A DNA stretch of 63,696 bases, the filler included, from Octopus bimaculoides (taxonomy: Eukaryota), in assembly GCF_001194135.2 (NCBI RefSeq). It is 7 parts of 5 records of this genome, joined end to end, with 100 filler letters (N's around TTAATTAATTAA, not from the genome) between each part and the next. Parts side by side here need not be neighbours in the genome. Positions count along the whole stretch, not along the records: positions 36,381 to 43,414 come from NC_068994.1; positions 43,515 to 48,333 come from NC_068981.1; positions 48,434 to 61,431 come from NC_068981.1; 4 more parts are not named here. One strand, written 5' to 3'. Below are positions 38,668 to 50,908 of the stretch, piece after piece. Below the pieces are notes generated by a model, which worked only from the letters and a program-made list of their open reading frames with translations, had not been told where the DNA came from and did not search any database. Both the position numbers and the translations under genes were made by a program. Positions within the stretch are counted from its first letter, which is position 1, and each line of letters starts with the position of its first letter.

Positions 38668-38903
38668 CTCCAGCCATGCTAGGCGCATATATGGGCCAGT
38701 TTCCCGGTTTCAGTAGCCTGTATATTCCCCACCTGGATGAGACGCCGGTCCGTTGCAGAATTACTCATTTGTGCTACCTGAGTGAACTGGAACTATGCGA
38801 AACGAAGTGTTTTGCTCAAGAACACAACGTTTCAACCGGTCCAGGAATCGAAACCACAATCTTACGATCATGAGTCCAGCACCCTAACCACTACGCCACG
38901 CAC
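38668..38903 (-). mobile_element. SINE family C (tRNA-derived), full length
   Basis: Minus GTGGCGTAGTGGTTAGGGTGCTGGACTCATGATCGTAAGATTGTGGTTTCGATTCCTGGACC (A and B boxes), then a non-tRNA body. Confidence 0.85.
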
Positions 38904-38963
<60 letters not shown>

Positions 38964-38984
38964 TAATATATAAAATGTTATGTG

Positions 38985-39047
<63 letters not shown>

Positions 39048-39930
39048 ATATNNNNNNNNNNNNNNNNNNNNNNNNNNNNNNNNNNNNNNNNNNNNNNNNN
39101 NNNNNNNNNNNNNNNNNNNNNNNNNNNNNNNNNNNNNNNNNNNNNNNNNNNNNNNNNNNNNNNNNNNNNNNNNNNNNNNNNNNNNNNNNNNNNNNNNNNN
39201 NNNNNNNNNNNNNNNNNNNNNNNNNNNNNNNNNNNNNNNNNNNNNNNNNNNNNNNNNNNNNNNNNNNNNNNNNNNNNNNNNNNNNNNNNNNNNNNNNNNN
39301 NNNNNNNNNNNNNNNNNNNNNNNNNNNNNNNNNNNNNNNNNNNNNNNNNNNNNNNNNNNNNNNNNNNNNNNNNNNNNNNNNNNNNNNNNNNNNNNNNNNN
39401 NNNNNNNNNNNNNNNNNNNNNNNNNNNNNNNNNNNNNNNNNNNNNNNNNNNNNNNNNNNNNNNNNNNNNNNNNNNNNNNNNNNNNNNNNNNNNNNNNNNN
39501 NNNNNNNNNNNNNNNNNNNNNNNNNNNNNNNNNNNNNNNNNNNNNNNNNNNNNNNNNNNNNNNNNNNNNNNNNNNNNNNNNNNNNNNNNNNNNNNNNNNN
39601 NNNNNNNNNNNNNNNNNNNNNNNNNNNNNNNNNNNNNNNNNNNNNNNNNNNNNNNNNNNNNNNNNNNNNNNNNNNNNNNNNNNNNNNNNNNNNNNNNNNN
39701 NNNNNNNNNNNNNNNNNNNNNNNNNNNNNNNNNNNNNNNNNNNNNNNNNNNNNNNNNNNNNNNNNNNNNNNNNNNNNNNNNNNNNNNNNNNNNNNNNNNN
39801 NNNNNNNNNNNNNNNNNNNNNNNNNNNNNNNNNNNNNNNNNNNNNNNNNNNNNNNNNNNNNNNNNNNNNNNNNNNNNNNNNNNNNNNNNNNNNNNNNNNN
39901 NNNNNNNNNNNNNNNNNNNNNNNNNNNNNN

Positions 39931-39981
<51 letters not shown>

Positions 39982-40554
39982 TACTTGTGTGTCTGTGTCT
40001 TTGCTTGTCCTCTGTGTGTGCATCAATAAAGAACTTTCCCTACAAACCATAGCTGAATTATCTTTTGTCTCAAGAAATTCCTCCTCTCCATATCTTTTTC
40101 TCTCTCTCTCTCTTCTTCTTCCTCTCTCTCGCTCTCTGATTTACCTCGCTTAGCGTGACGCAAAAGGCAGATAGACAAGAAGGAACAATCGTATTAATAT
40201 ATGAATTAAACAGACACGTCAGTCTACTTTTCCTACAATCATTTCATAAATTGAAAAAAATAAAAAAGATGAGAAATTTCTTGTCTACTGCCAAGCTTAA
40301 TACTTCAGCAGTAAACGAATAACTTCTTCAACAGGCTTCATTTTCATTTTATTTATAGCTACTTTATTAAATCGGAGACACCGATTTGCATATATGAAGC
40401 ATTCTTGGCAGCTAGTTCGATTAGTAAATTATTGGTGACTAAACACGGTTCGGTAATGATATTATGATGTACAAAAGAAGAAACTGATTGAAGCCAACAT
40501 TAATTATGCAAATTAATAAAACTTTGTTAACTATCTTTTAAAATTTTTATCCAT

Positions 40555-40700
40555 TACTTGCTTCTATCATTAGACTGCGGGTGTGCTGGAGCACCGTCTT
40601 GAACAATCTATTTTAGTTAAAAGAGTCGATTCCAATACTTTTTGTTAAGCTATCGATCATTTTAGCCGAACCAGTAAGTTACGGGGACGTTGTCTACCAA
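40555..40700 (-). mobile_element. SINE family B, 3' half
   Basis: TCATTAGACTGCGG..TGCTGGAGCACCG..GCCGAACC. Confidence 0.65.
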
Positions 40701-40735
40701 ATCCAGTTCGGGGTGTCATGCTTTCTTTTAGCTTT

Positions 40736-40871
40736 TAGTTCCGGGTTCAGTCCCACTGCGTGGTGCCTTGAGCAATTGTCTTCTACTATAGCCTCGGGCC
40801 AACCAGAGCCTTGTGAGTGGACTTGGTAGACGGAAACTGAAAGAAGCCTGTCGTATATATCGTATATATCC

Positions 40872-40964
<93 letters not shown>

Positions 40965-41166
40965 TTTGTGTCTGAGTTTGTTCCCCACCACCACTTGACA
41001 ACCGGTGCTGGTGTATTTACGCCTCCGTAACCTAGTGGTTCGGCAACAGAGATCGATAATATAAATACCAGGCTTATAAAAGTACTGGGGTCGATAAATT
41101 CGCCTAAAATTCTTCAAGGCGGTACCCCAGCATGGCTGCAGTCTAACAAGTAAAAGATAAAAGATA
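40736..41166 (+). mobile_element. SINE family B with long internal (GT)n
   Basis: Both halves plus the AAAAGAT tail. Confidence 0.9.
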
Positions 41167-41518
41167 TGTATTCAGTCGTACAGTATAACTCACATTTATA
41201 TCTTTCAACTTTTTCCGAGATCAACATTTTCTTTCACTATTCAAGGTTGATAAAATGCAGTACCAATCAAGTACTGGGGCTGATGGTATCGACTGACCCC
41301 TCCACGGGAAGCTTCTGGCCTTATGCCTAATTTACATACCGTTATTAACACGCTTACTATAGTCAATTTAGTCTACAGGAAAGATTATACGAATATATAA
41401 TTATATACACCTGTACAAGATTTTGCATACGAATGAGCGCATGTATGTCTGAAAGATTATATATGCATACATACGTATGAATAAACACACATTTGATTGC
41501 TATTTGTAGCTAGTTAGG

Positions 41519-43234
41519 GTCTCCTAAGAACTAGATGCAACACGGCGTAACTTACTAAACAGTTGGTTAATGATCACTAGAATTCGTGGGCTGACATTTC
41601 GAGCGAGTTTCTAAAGCTACGCTCAAAGTTTCGACTCGTGCCAATCGTTACATTTCTGTTAGCATAAACATTTGTATGAGTGTATGCGAGTATGCAATCT
41701 TATGCTTCTTACGTATGAGTTCATGCAAACGCATGTATGTATTAATTTAAATCTATTGTGCGTGCATGTGTAACCGTGTTGATATGTATATGGCTTGATG
41801 TATGCTAATGTGTGTTTATGTAAATCACAGACGTAAGAATAAACAGAAATATCTACTTATATACTCGAATATGTTACATAATAATATACATCGCCCCATT
41901 GACATAGGGCTCGTAAAAACAGCGTTTACTGCTTACTGGATTTGAACTAACAGTTTCCAAATTCGGCTGTATTTCTTATTCTTTATGTCTTTCTGTTATT
42001 CTCTCAATTTCTCTCCCTTTTTCTCCTGTGTATTTTTGCCTTCTCCATCACTTTGTCATATACTCTAGCAGGCTAATAATATCCCATACTTTTCAGTTTG
42101 CCATTTTCCCTTTTTGATACTCCATTCAAGCCATACAAATATGTCCAATGCCAATTACCAGAACAGAAAACAATGACAGCAACGGATAAATGAGAGGTCA
42201 TTGTAACGCTGATTGGTCCCCTGTGCAATGGTGTCACTTTATATTCAGCGGAAGAGAAACGGTTGGAAGGCCATTAATATGGAATTCTACCGTAGTTATC
42301 ACGCTGAATCAAGTAATTATTTCATTGAAAACTAACCTTTGACCTGAGCTAATAACAGAGTCAGTCTTAAAAAAACCATTTAACTCGACGTATTTACGAG
42401 AAACTATTACTGTTGCCTGGTCGAACAGAAGACTTGCGTACACTGATGTATCCTTCCGATATCGGAAAGTGTACTGAACATGGCGGAAATGAAATGTCGT
42501 TTGGTTGGTGGATTATCACTTGATGAGGATAATGTGTTCTTTACTTGTGTGTATAAACCTTCGTATGTATACGAGTGTTGATATAAGCGTATGTACGTGT
42601 GTGCATGCATGTGTGTAAGCGTTAATGTGTGTATACACGCACACACGTATGTCATTCTATTTATGCAAGACTATTTGTTTGTATTTACTTCTGTTAGCAT
42701 AAACATGTGTATGTGTGTATGCGAGTATGCGATCTTATGCTTCTTACGTATGAGCGTATGCAAGCGTATGTATGTGTTAATGTAAATCTATTTCTATACT
42801 ATTGTGTGTGCATGTCTGTGTTGATACGTATATGGCTTAATGTATGCTAATGTGTGTTTATGTAAATACACCTGCTTATACGTAGGCTTGAGTAACTCCA
42901 TATTTATGTGTGTATGTTTATGAGTATGTATGTATGTATGTTTTTAATAATATATGTACGTGTGCGTATGTATGAATGCATGTATGAGTGTATGGCTATG
43001 CAGCCACGTGCATGTGTATTCGCTGAAATTCATTGACACATACACTATGCATACATGTGCTGCTATGCCTTTATATTGAGAGCAGCGACTAACAAAGTGA
43101 TGTAACCATTGGCACGAGTTGAAAGTTTGAGCGTAGCTTTAGAAACTCGCTCGAAATGTCTGCCCACGAATTCCAGTGACCATTAACTAACTGTTTAGTG
43201 AGTTACGCTACGTGGCATCTAGTTCTTAGGAGAC
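41519..43234. repeat. ~145-bp inverted repeat pair (41519-41662 / 43089-43234) enclosing a ~180-bp direct repeat (41653-41828 / 42688-42870)
   Basis: Aligned by eye; the arms are roughly 85-90% identical. Confidence 0.85.
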
Positions 43235-43381
43235 TCTGGAGCTTTCCTGGGGCTAAAAAGGAGTATCATCGCCCTGCGTAGGACTGCCGCATTGTGTTGG
43301 CAAATAGACTTTACTGTTCGGTATTGTTTCTACATATTTCTCGTTCAGAGATTTAAAATTAGTTGTTTTTCTCTTTCTATG

Positions 43382-43414
<33 letters not shown>

Positions 43415-43514
43415 NNNNNNNNNNNNNNNNNNNNNNNNNNNNNNNNNNNNNNNNNNNNTTAATTAATTAANNNNNNNNNNNNNNNNNNNNNNNNNNNNNN
43501 NNNNNNNNNNNNNN
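43415..43514. other. Artificial scaffold spacer N44-TTAATTAATTAA-N44
   Basis: Read directly. Confidence 0.95.
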
Positions 43515-44178
43515 GATCCTGTGTATGCACTATACTATGGACCTCGCCGAGACAAAGATCCCCGATGGGAACCAGCAACCATTAAGAAGTCATTGAGTAC
43601 TCGCTGCTTTAACGTGAAGGTCATACCTCATGGCCCGATGTGGAGACGACACTGGGAACAGCTGCAACCGCGGTACACAACTGAGGAAGACAATGAACCT
43701 GGTGATGCAGAAGACACTATTTCAATTTGCAACAGATCACCCGATGGAGATCTCGGAAACTGTGCCACTAACTCAAAGACTAACCAGACCCAAGACCATG
43801 TTACCCGTTCCAGAGTATGGACCAAACAACCCAAGAGTCCAAGAGAATCCGTAAAACCCAAGAGAGACTTTGCTGTTGATACTTCTTGTGTAGCATCAAT
43901 TTCAGTGGGGAGGTGTTATATGGACTGTTGAATATGTTATTTGTCTGACGTTCTGTGTGTCACTGTAGTTCGTCTGAGTTCATTGTTTCATTGTTGTTGT
44001 TCTGAATGACTGGGGTAGTAAAATGTCATTGATATATATATGGCGGACATGATTCTTGTTTATTTACAACGAACATTGGGTGAGTGCGTTCTTTGTATGT
44101 AATTGAATAATAAATGTAATAATTAAATTGTACAACTCGTTGTGTTATCTCTGCGAGTCTCACGAGAGAAATACAACA
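43515..44178 (+). mobile_element. Gypsy-like LTR retrotransposon 3' end: pol C-terminus, PPT and 3' LTR (43914-44178)
   Basis: PRWEPATIKK..CFNVKV..MWRRHWEQLQPR (integrase C-terminal pattern); GGGGAGG PPT; TGTT...AACA LTR with AATAAA. Confidence 0.85.
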
Positions 44179-44629
44179 AAAATAATTATATATACATATA
44201 CACTAAAGAGAGAGTGATATGCAAGAAGGAAAAGAAGGAGAGATAAACAAGAGAGAGAGAGAGAGATAGAGATACAATGTGATAGAGAAGAGAGCTGGTA
44301 AATTGCTATCATTGTGATGTTCATTGGGAAGCCACAACAAAATTGGGGATATAATTTAAATATTTAATGCAGTTCACTGAAAAAGAAAAAAAAGTGGCTA
44401 TCACTGTGATAAGTGAGGCAGAATCAGTAGGGTGGATAAGATACTTCTCTTTGATACATTTGATCACACTAGAAGTATTTTGAACCAAAACAGAAATTAT
44501 TATAATTCAAAATGAAAGGTAAACAAATTGAAAACTAGTCCATCCAAAATAGATCTACAGATGCAATACTTGGGCACCTTGTTAAAATTGTATCAAGGTG
44601 CCACTGAGTGTTTTGGGCCTTAAAACATA

Positions 44630-45857
44630 CAGGGGTTGAACAAAATAATGGAAACACCTAGCGTCATAGCATCATAATTTTTAAATATCTATAAAATTGT
44701 CAAAAGCTTGTGTATTTTTATGTTTTTTTATTTATTATTAGTGTTGCTTAATATGTTTTGTTAAAATTGCTGTTTCTTTTCAGATATCATCAGAAAAAGG
44801 TGATTAATATTCATTAAAATGACAGATCTAATCAGACTTTCAAAGAGGTCAAATCGTTGGTGCTCATATGGCAGGTGCTAGTGTAACAAAAACAGCTGAA
44901 ATGTTTGGTGTATCAAAAAGTACTGTCTCAAAAGTAAAGACAGCCTTTGAGAAAGAGGGAAAAACCTCCTCGTTGGAACAAAACTCTGGAAGAAAACCAA
45001 AACTTTCAGATAGATAGAAACTGTTGGACTCTTCCAAGAATTGTTAAAAAGGATCACAAAAGTACAGCTCCCACAATTACTGCAGAGCTTAACGACCACT
45101 TCAAGAACCCAGTTTCCACAAAAACTGTTCTCCAGGAGGGCTTCAATCAGAAAATCACTGCTTTCAAAAACAAACATTGCAAAGCATGTAGAGTGGAGTA
45201 AAAAACCTACAGAATTGGCCCTAGAGCAGTGGAAGAATGTTATTTTCTCAGATGAGTCACCCTTTACCTTATTTCCAACCGCCAGCCAAGTATACGTGTG
45301 GAGACAGCCAAAAGCAGCATTTGACCCAGACTGCCTTCTTCCAACTGTTAAACATAGAGGAGGATCTACGATGATCTGGGGGTGGGTGGGCTATATCTTG
45401 GGAATCTGCCAGCCCAACGGTTTCCCGTCATGGCAGAATTAATAGTCAAGACTATTTAAGCATTTTATCTTATCAAATTCATCCTATGGTGACGGAATTG
45501 TTTCCAGGGGGAAATGCAACCTTTCAGGATGATAATGCACCAATTCCCACAGCTAAAGTTGTTACTGAATGGCACGAGGAACATTCTAGCGAAGTTGAAC
45601 ATCTTATCTGGCCACCACAATCCCCAGATCTCAATATTATTGAACATTTATGGTGCATTTTAGAAAAACAAGTAAGGAGTCGATATCCTCCACCATCATC
45701 ACTACAAGAACTGGAGACTGGAGAAAAATTCCTTTGGAAACAAGTCAAACTTTATATGAGTCCATACCTCATAGAATTCAAACTGTAATTACTGCCAGAG
45801 GCGGTCCTACCCCATATTAGAATAAATTTGTTTGAAATTTTAAGGTGTTTCCCTTAT
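44630..45857 (+). mobile_element. Tc1-like DNA transposon, transposase pseudogene with DD36E spacing
   Basis: TA|CAGGGGTTGAACAAAATAATGGAAACACC left TIR; GGTGTTTCCCTTAT right TIR runs into gap; SDFQRGQIVG, VIFSDES, FQDDNAP, SPDLNIIEHLW motifs; frameshifts and stops. Confidence 0.92.
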
Positions 45858-45909
45858 NNNNNNNNNNNNNNNNNNNNNNNNNNNNNNNNNNNNNNNNNNN
45901 NNNNNNNNN

Positions 45910-47180
45910 CATTCCCACAGTTTAATGTAAAAACTTACATGAAATTTTTTTACAAATAATAATTCTGTGATTCAAAAATAAGATAAACAAAGTTCTTTTC
46001 TAATCTAAAATGTACTCTCTTTCATTTTCTACAATGCTCTTCCATCTATCTGGTAGACTTGCAAGGCCCATCTTCCAAAATTCACTTATCCATGACAAAA
46101 AATACTCCTCCAGTATTGTTCTGACCTCGTCTACAAAATTCATATTTTTTCCGTCCAAATGATTTTGAAGACTGCGGAATAAATGATAATCAGATGGGGC
46201 AATGTCCTACAAATATGGTGGGTGGGGCATCGTTTCCCATTCAAACTGCTCCAGCCTTTGGAATGTCATCCTTGCGGTATGTGGCCGAGCATTATCCTGA
46301 TGGAAAAACACCTTTCGTTTTGAAACCAATGATGGTCATTTTTTTTCTAGCACTGACTTAGGCTGCTTGTAGTAGATCTCCTTTGTTATCATTTAGTTTG
46401 GGTTTAAAATTTCAAAGTGGACTAAACCTTTCATATCCCACCAAACAGATAAAAACAACTTTGCAGGGGGTGAAGACTTAACCTGAGGTGCCAGTATTTC
46501 TCCTCTCTTTACCCACTGTCTTTAGCGCTTGACATTTTTATAGAGAACCCATTTCTCATCACCAGTTACTATTCGGTCAAAGAAAAAGGTTCATTCATGA
46601 AACATGACAGCAAAGAAGAGCATACATTCGCTCACTCAGTGTGATTAGACTCAGAAAGTTTGTGAGGAACCCATTGACCCAATTTCCTGACTTTTCCAAT
46701 GGCAAGCAGGTGTCGATGAATGGTTGAATAATCAAATCCAAGCTTCTCTGCTAGTTCCTCAATGGAATTTTGTTCCACCAGGGTTTGCAGGACATCCTTG
46801 TCGGGCTCTACAGATCTTCCACGATGAGGCTCATCTTCTAGGCTATAGTTTCTGGCTCGGAATTTCTGTTGACACTGGCTTATGCTTATTGTCCGATCCC
46901 CATATACTGCATTAATATTCCTCGCACTTTCCATTGTGTTGTTGCCTTTATTGAACTCATAAAGCAAAATATGCCGAATATTCTGCTTTGTCTCTTCCAT
47001 TATAACTTTGAAAAAATAACTACTAAAATTGAACTCTTCAAAACTTGCACTAAGAATAAACACACGGTAAAATTATTACCTGCTTTTAAAGCAAGTTAAT
47101 GCAGGTAGTTTATCCTGTCCCCCTCCAACTTTTAGTTCATGCAACTGAAAAAATGGCATTATTTATGGGATGACCCAAAA
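45910..47180 (-). mobile_element. Mariner (DD34D-type) element, transposase pseudogene
   Basis: HTH IRHILLYEFNKG..WVPHKL; DIAPSDYHLFRSLQNHL..LPDRWKSIVENE; terminus TTGGGTCATCCCATAAATAATG. Confidence 0.92.
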
Positions 47181-47186
47181 TATGTC

Positions 47187-47223
<37 letters not shown>

Positions 47224-47454
47224 GTATGTATGTATATATATTATCTGAAATGTATAGTATTATATATCCATCATGTCTGATCTTACCAATTGGTTTCGCG
47301 CAAGGAATACAATGGCATGTTAGGTAATAATCCGATTATATAACCTTATGCTCATCGGAGTTAGCCAATATAGAAGGGAATATGGCAACTGCTCTCTATT
47401 TTCGTAGGTGGATTAACACAGCCTGTCAGCAGCAGCTAGATGACTCATGTGCGT

Positions 47455-47494
<40 letters not shown>

Positions 47495-47705
47495 TTAAAC
47501 ATTAAAATAAATGTGCAAGGTTTCATTTGCAAATATTGAGTGTTACATTAAAGTAAAATCAGCAAAATGGCAAAACAAAGAAGTCCTTATGAGGTTGTTT
47601 AAGCTGCTAGAAATAGAAGCCCAACACTTCCCTCAAATCACACCATACAATCTTAAATAATGAAAAGATATATTGGATAATATAGTTATAGCTATCACTA
47701 ATCTT

Positions 47706-48092
47706 TTACTTATTTCAGTCATTTGACTGCAGCCATACTGGGGCACCACCTTGAAATCTCAGTTGAATGTAGTGACCCCAGTACTTTTTTTTAAAGCCTG
47801 CTACTTATTCTATTGGTCTCTTTTTGCTCAGTTACAGGGACATAAACACACCAGCTTCAGTTGTCATGTAGTGGTGGGGAGACAAACATAGGCACAAAGA
47901 CACACACATATACACACACAGATACATACATATACATACACACACACATACATACCCACATATATACATACATGCACACATGCACACAGAATGGGCTTCT
48001 TTCAGTTTTCATCTGCCAGATCCACTCAAAGGCTTTGGTTGGCCTGAGGTAAAAGCAGAAGACCAGAACCACGTGGTTGGGAAGCAAGCTTC
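47706..48092 (-). mobile_element. SINE family B
   Basis: Both halves in reverse. Confidence 0.85.
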
Positions 48093-48327
48093 TTATTTCT
48101 TTATTGCCCACAAGGGGCTACACACAGAGGGGACAAACAAGGACAGACAAAGGGATTAAGTCGATTACATCGACCCCCCAGTGCGTAACTCGTACTTAAT
48201 TTATCGACCCCGGAAGGATGAAAGGCAAAGTCGACCTCGGCGGAATTTGAACTCAGAACGTAACGGCAGACGAAATACTGCTAAGCATTTCGCCCGGCGT
48301 GCTAACAATTCTGCCAGCTCACTGCCT
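48091..48327 (-). mobile_element. SINE family A with alternative 3' tail
   Basis: Head and central domain as at 12977, tail TGTTTGTCCCCTCTGTGTGTAGCCCCTTGTGGGCAATAAAGAAATAAG. Confidence 0.9.
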
Positions 48328-48333
48328 TCTTAC

Positions 48334-48433
48334 NNNNNNNNNNNNNNNNNNNNNNNNNNNNNNNNNNNNNNNNNNNNTTAATTAATTAANNNNNNNNNNN
48401 NNNNNNNNNNNNNNNNNNNNNNNNNNNNNNNNN
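48334..48433. other. Artificial scaffold spacer N44-TTAATTAATTAA-N44
   Basis: Read directly. Confidence 0.95.
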
Positions 48434-48471
<38 letters not shown>

Positions 48472-49304
48472 GAGAGAGAGAAGGAGAGCGAGAGAGCGAA
48501 GGAGAGAGATGGGTATACTGTTGCCATGCTGGAACACCAGATTGAGGAATTATAGTTGAAAAGTAAATTCCAGTCGTTAGGACATTTTAAGCCCGGTCTC
48601 CTTTTTACCGAGCCAGTATCATAGCTCCCCATTGCTACAACTAATAGCTTCAAGGTGTGTGTTAGTAATCCGATTGTTGGTCCATGATAGACAGCTTTGA
48701 TTATCAATATTACATGGTATTCGGCTGTTATACGTTCAATCTTTCATTTGATAATACGTTAGTGTTGAGTCATGCGATATCTTTGGGAATGTATACAAGT
48801 TATCAGGCAAGGCATACTCTTCCAGGACCTACTTTCCAAATCTAATGATGTTATCTGTCTAGTGTATGTAGGCTTTTCATATGCATACAGATATATGTGT
48901 AAGTATATTGCATATATGTATACATGTGTATGTACAGTATGCATATATATATATATATATATANNNNNNNNNNNNNNNNNNNNNNNNNNNNNNNNNNNNN
49001 NNNNNNNNNNNNNNNNNNNNNNNNNNNNNNNNNNNNNNNNNNNNNNNNNNNNNNNNNNNNNNNNNNNNNNNNNNNNNNNNNNNNNNNNNNNNNNNNNNNN
49101 NNNNNNNNNNNNNNNNNNNNNNNNNNNNNNNNNNNNNNNNNNNNNNNNNNNNNNNNNNNNNNNNNNNNNNNNNNNNNNNNNNNNNNNNNNNNNNNNNNNN
49201 NNNNNNNNNNNNNNNNNNNNNNNNNNNNNNNNNNNNNNNNNNNNNNNNNNNNNNNNNNNNNNNNNNNNNNNNNNNNNTATATATATATATATATATATAT
49301 ATAT

Positions 49305-49490
49305 GGGAGAATATACAAAAAATAACAACAGACGAGGACAGGTGGTGTAAATAACAAAAGTATATATTAGTATGACGCTCGGGAATACGGAAAGTCTTTG
49401 ACGTTTCGAGCTACGCTCTTCAACAGAAAGAATACGGAGACAAGGAGAAAAACACGGAGAAAAAAAATTGAATAGTGTTCAGTCAACGGT
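49305..49490 (-). ncRNA. Second copy of the short repeat with candidate minimal hammerhead (49395-49431)
   Basis: Minus TCTTT-CTGTTGA-A-GAGC(GTA)GCTC-GAAA-C-GTC-AAAGA. Confidence 0.5.
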
Positions 49491-50229
49491 CAATATGTAT
49501 ACATGTACACTGATCAATGCCAACGAAAAGGCACTGGGCATCAATGTATGTAGGAAAAGAATTCAGGTGTATGTGTACGAGCAGCCTATCCCATAAATAC
49601 TATAAGATATTTTTATATAAGAATAGTTATATGAAAAACTCCTATGAGAAAAAGTGAAAAGAGACGTAATAATGTCTTATGGCTATAAATAGATTGAAAG
49701 AGATATGATCTAAGAAAATAAAAGAATGAGAAAAGGAAAAGACAGATGAGTTGTGGGGGAAGAATGTGAAGAAACCTCGCCTCCACGTTCACTGATGTAC
49801 AAACCTATCTTCTAGTAGAGAGAATTATAAACAAAATCAACGCAAGTTCCTCGAGTTAAAATAATCAATTATATTTTCTTTATACTTTGATTTGTTGGAA
49901 ATAGGAGCAGCTAATCCTATGAGCGAGCAAATCGATTTTTCAGTTTGTTTTAGCTATCAAGTTTAAAGTCATTCTGGATCAATGTCTTTAGCCCTGACGC
50001 TTATAGTTTTTGTGTCATTTTTCTTAAATTCCGATCCGCTTCTCTCTGGTTGCATTTTAGTTTTAAAATGTATTGGTTTCTTTTGAAGTATCATCTATAT
50101 ATATATATGTATATACTATAGAACTAAGGAAGCAATTTTGTGAAATAGGAAAAATTCGAAACCTATATGATAAAACTTTTATGCGCATTTGAAGTTCCAG
50201 CGCAAATTCTAAAGCGATTCTAAGCGTAA

Positions 50230-50600
50230 TTGTATGGTAAGAAGCTTGCTTCTCAACATGGCCCCGAGTTCAGTCCTTCATACACTTGGGTTCAGAGACT
50301 TGCCCAATTGCACAAGGTGCATTTGGGCAAGTGTCCTCTACTATAACCACAGGCCAACCAAATCCTTGTGAATGGATTTCGTGGACGAAAACTGAAGATA
50401 TGTACGTATGTATCTATGTGTGCATGTCTTTACGTGTATGTCTGTCCGCCACCACCGCTTAACAAGTGGTGTTGCTGTGTTTACTTCCCAGTAACTTAGT
50501 GTTTCGGCAAAAGAGAGCGATACAATAAATGCTCGGCTTTGAAAAAAGACAAGTCTTTCAGACGATTAAAACCCTTCAACGCGGGTCTCAGCATGGCCGT
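50230..50600 (+). mobile_element. SINE family B, diverged
   Basis: GTATGGTAAGAAGCTTGC..TTGGGCAAGTGTC..GTTTCGGCAAAAGAG. Confidence 0.75.
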
Positions 50601-50908
50601 AATTAATGGGCATAGCGATGTATTAAATCTCTATAACTTATGTCCAAAGAATATTGTTATCAATATTATTATAAAGTTGAACTTACATTATAAAAGTACA
50701 GTGCGATGCAGCCAACCCCCACTAAAACAAAAAATAAAAACAACTGGTTCACTAGTTATCATTATTATTAAGTGGCTGGCATAATATAATAGGAGGTTCT
50801 TTACCATATATTTATGTACGTATGTATGTATATATCTCTTTAAGTTTTAACAAATTCAAATATAAAAAAAATCTCTAAACGAGGTATAAACAGTAGCAGC
50901 ACGACATC

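Noticed and set aside
38835-38903. tRNA gene with A and B boxes (minus strand)
   Set aside because: It continues into a SINE body shared with 19062-19210 and has no proper acceptor stem; it is a SINE head
42438-42474. Hairpin GTACACT..TTCCGATATCGGAA..AGTGTAC as a pre-miRNA
   Set aside because: Too short and asymmetric; a 14-bp palindrome is not remarkable in 60 kb
43110-43160. GAGCG..CGCTC-GAAA hairpin as a hammerhead
   Set aside because: No CUGANGA-like core upstream of the stem
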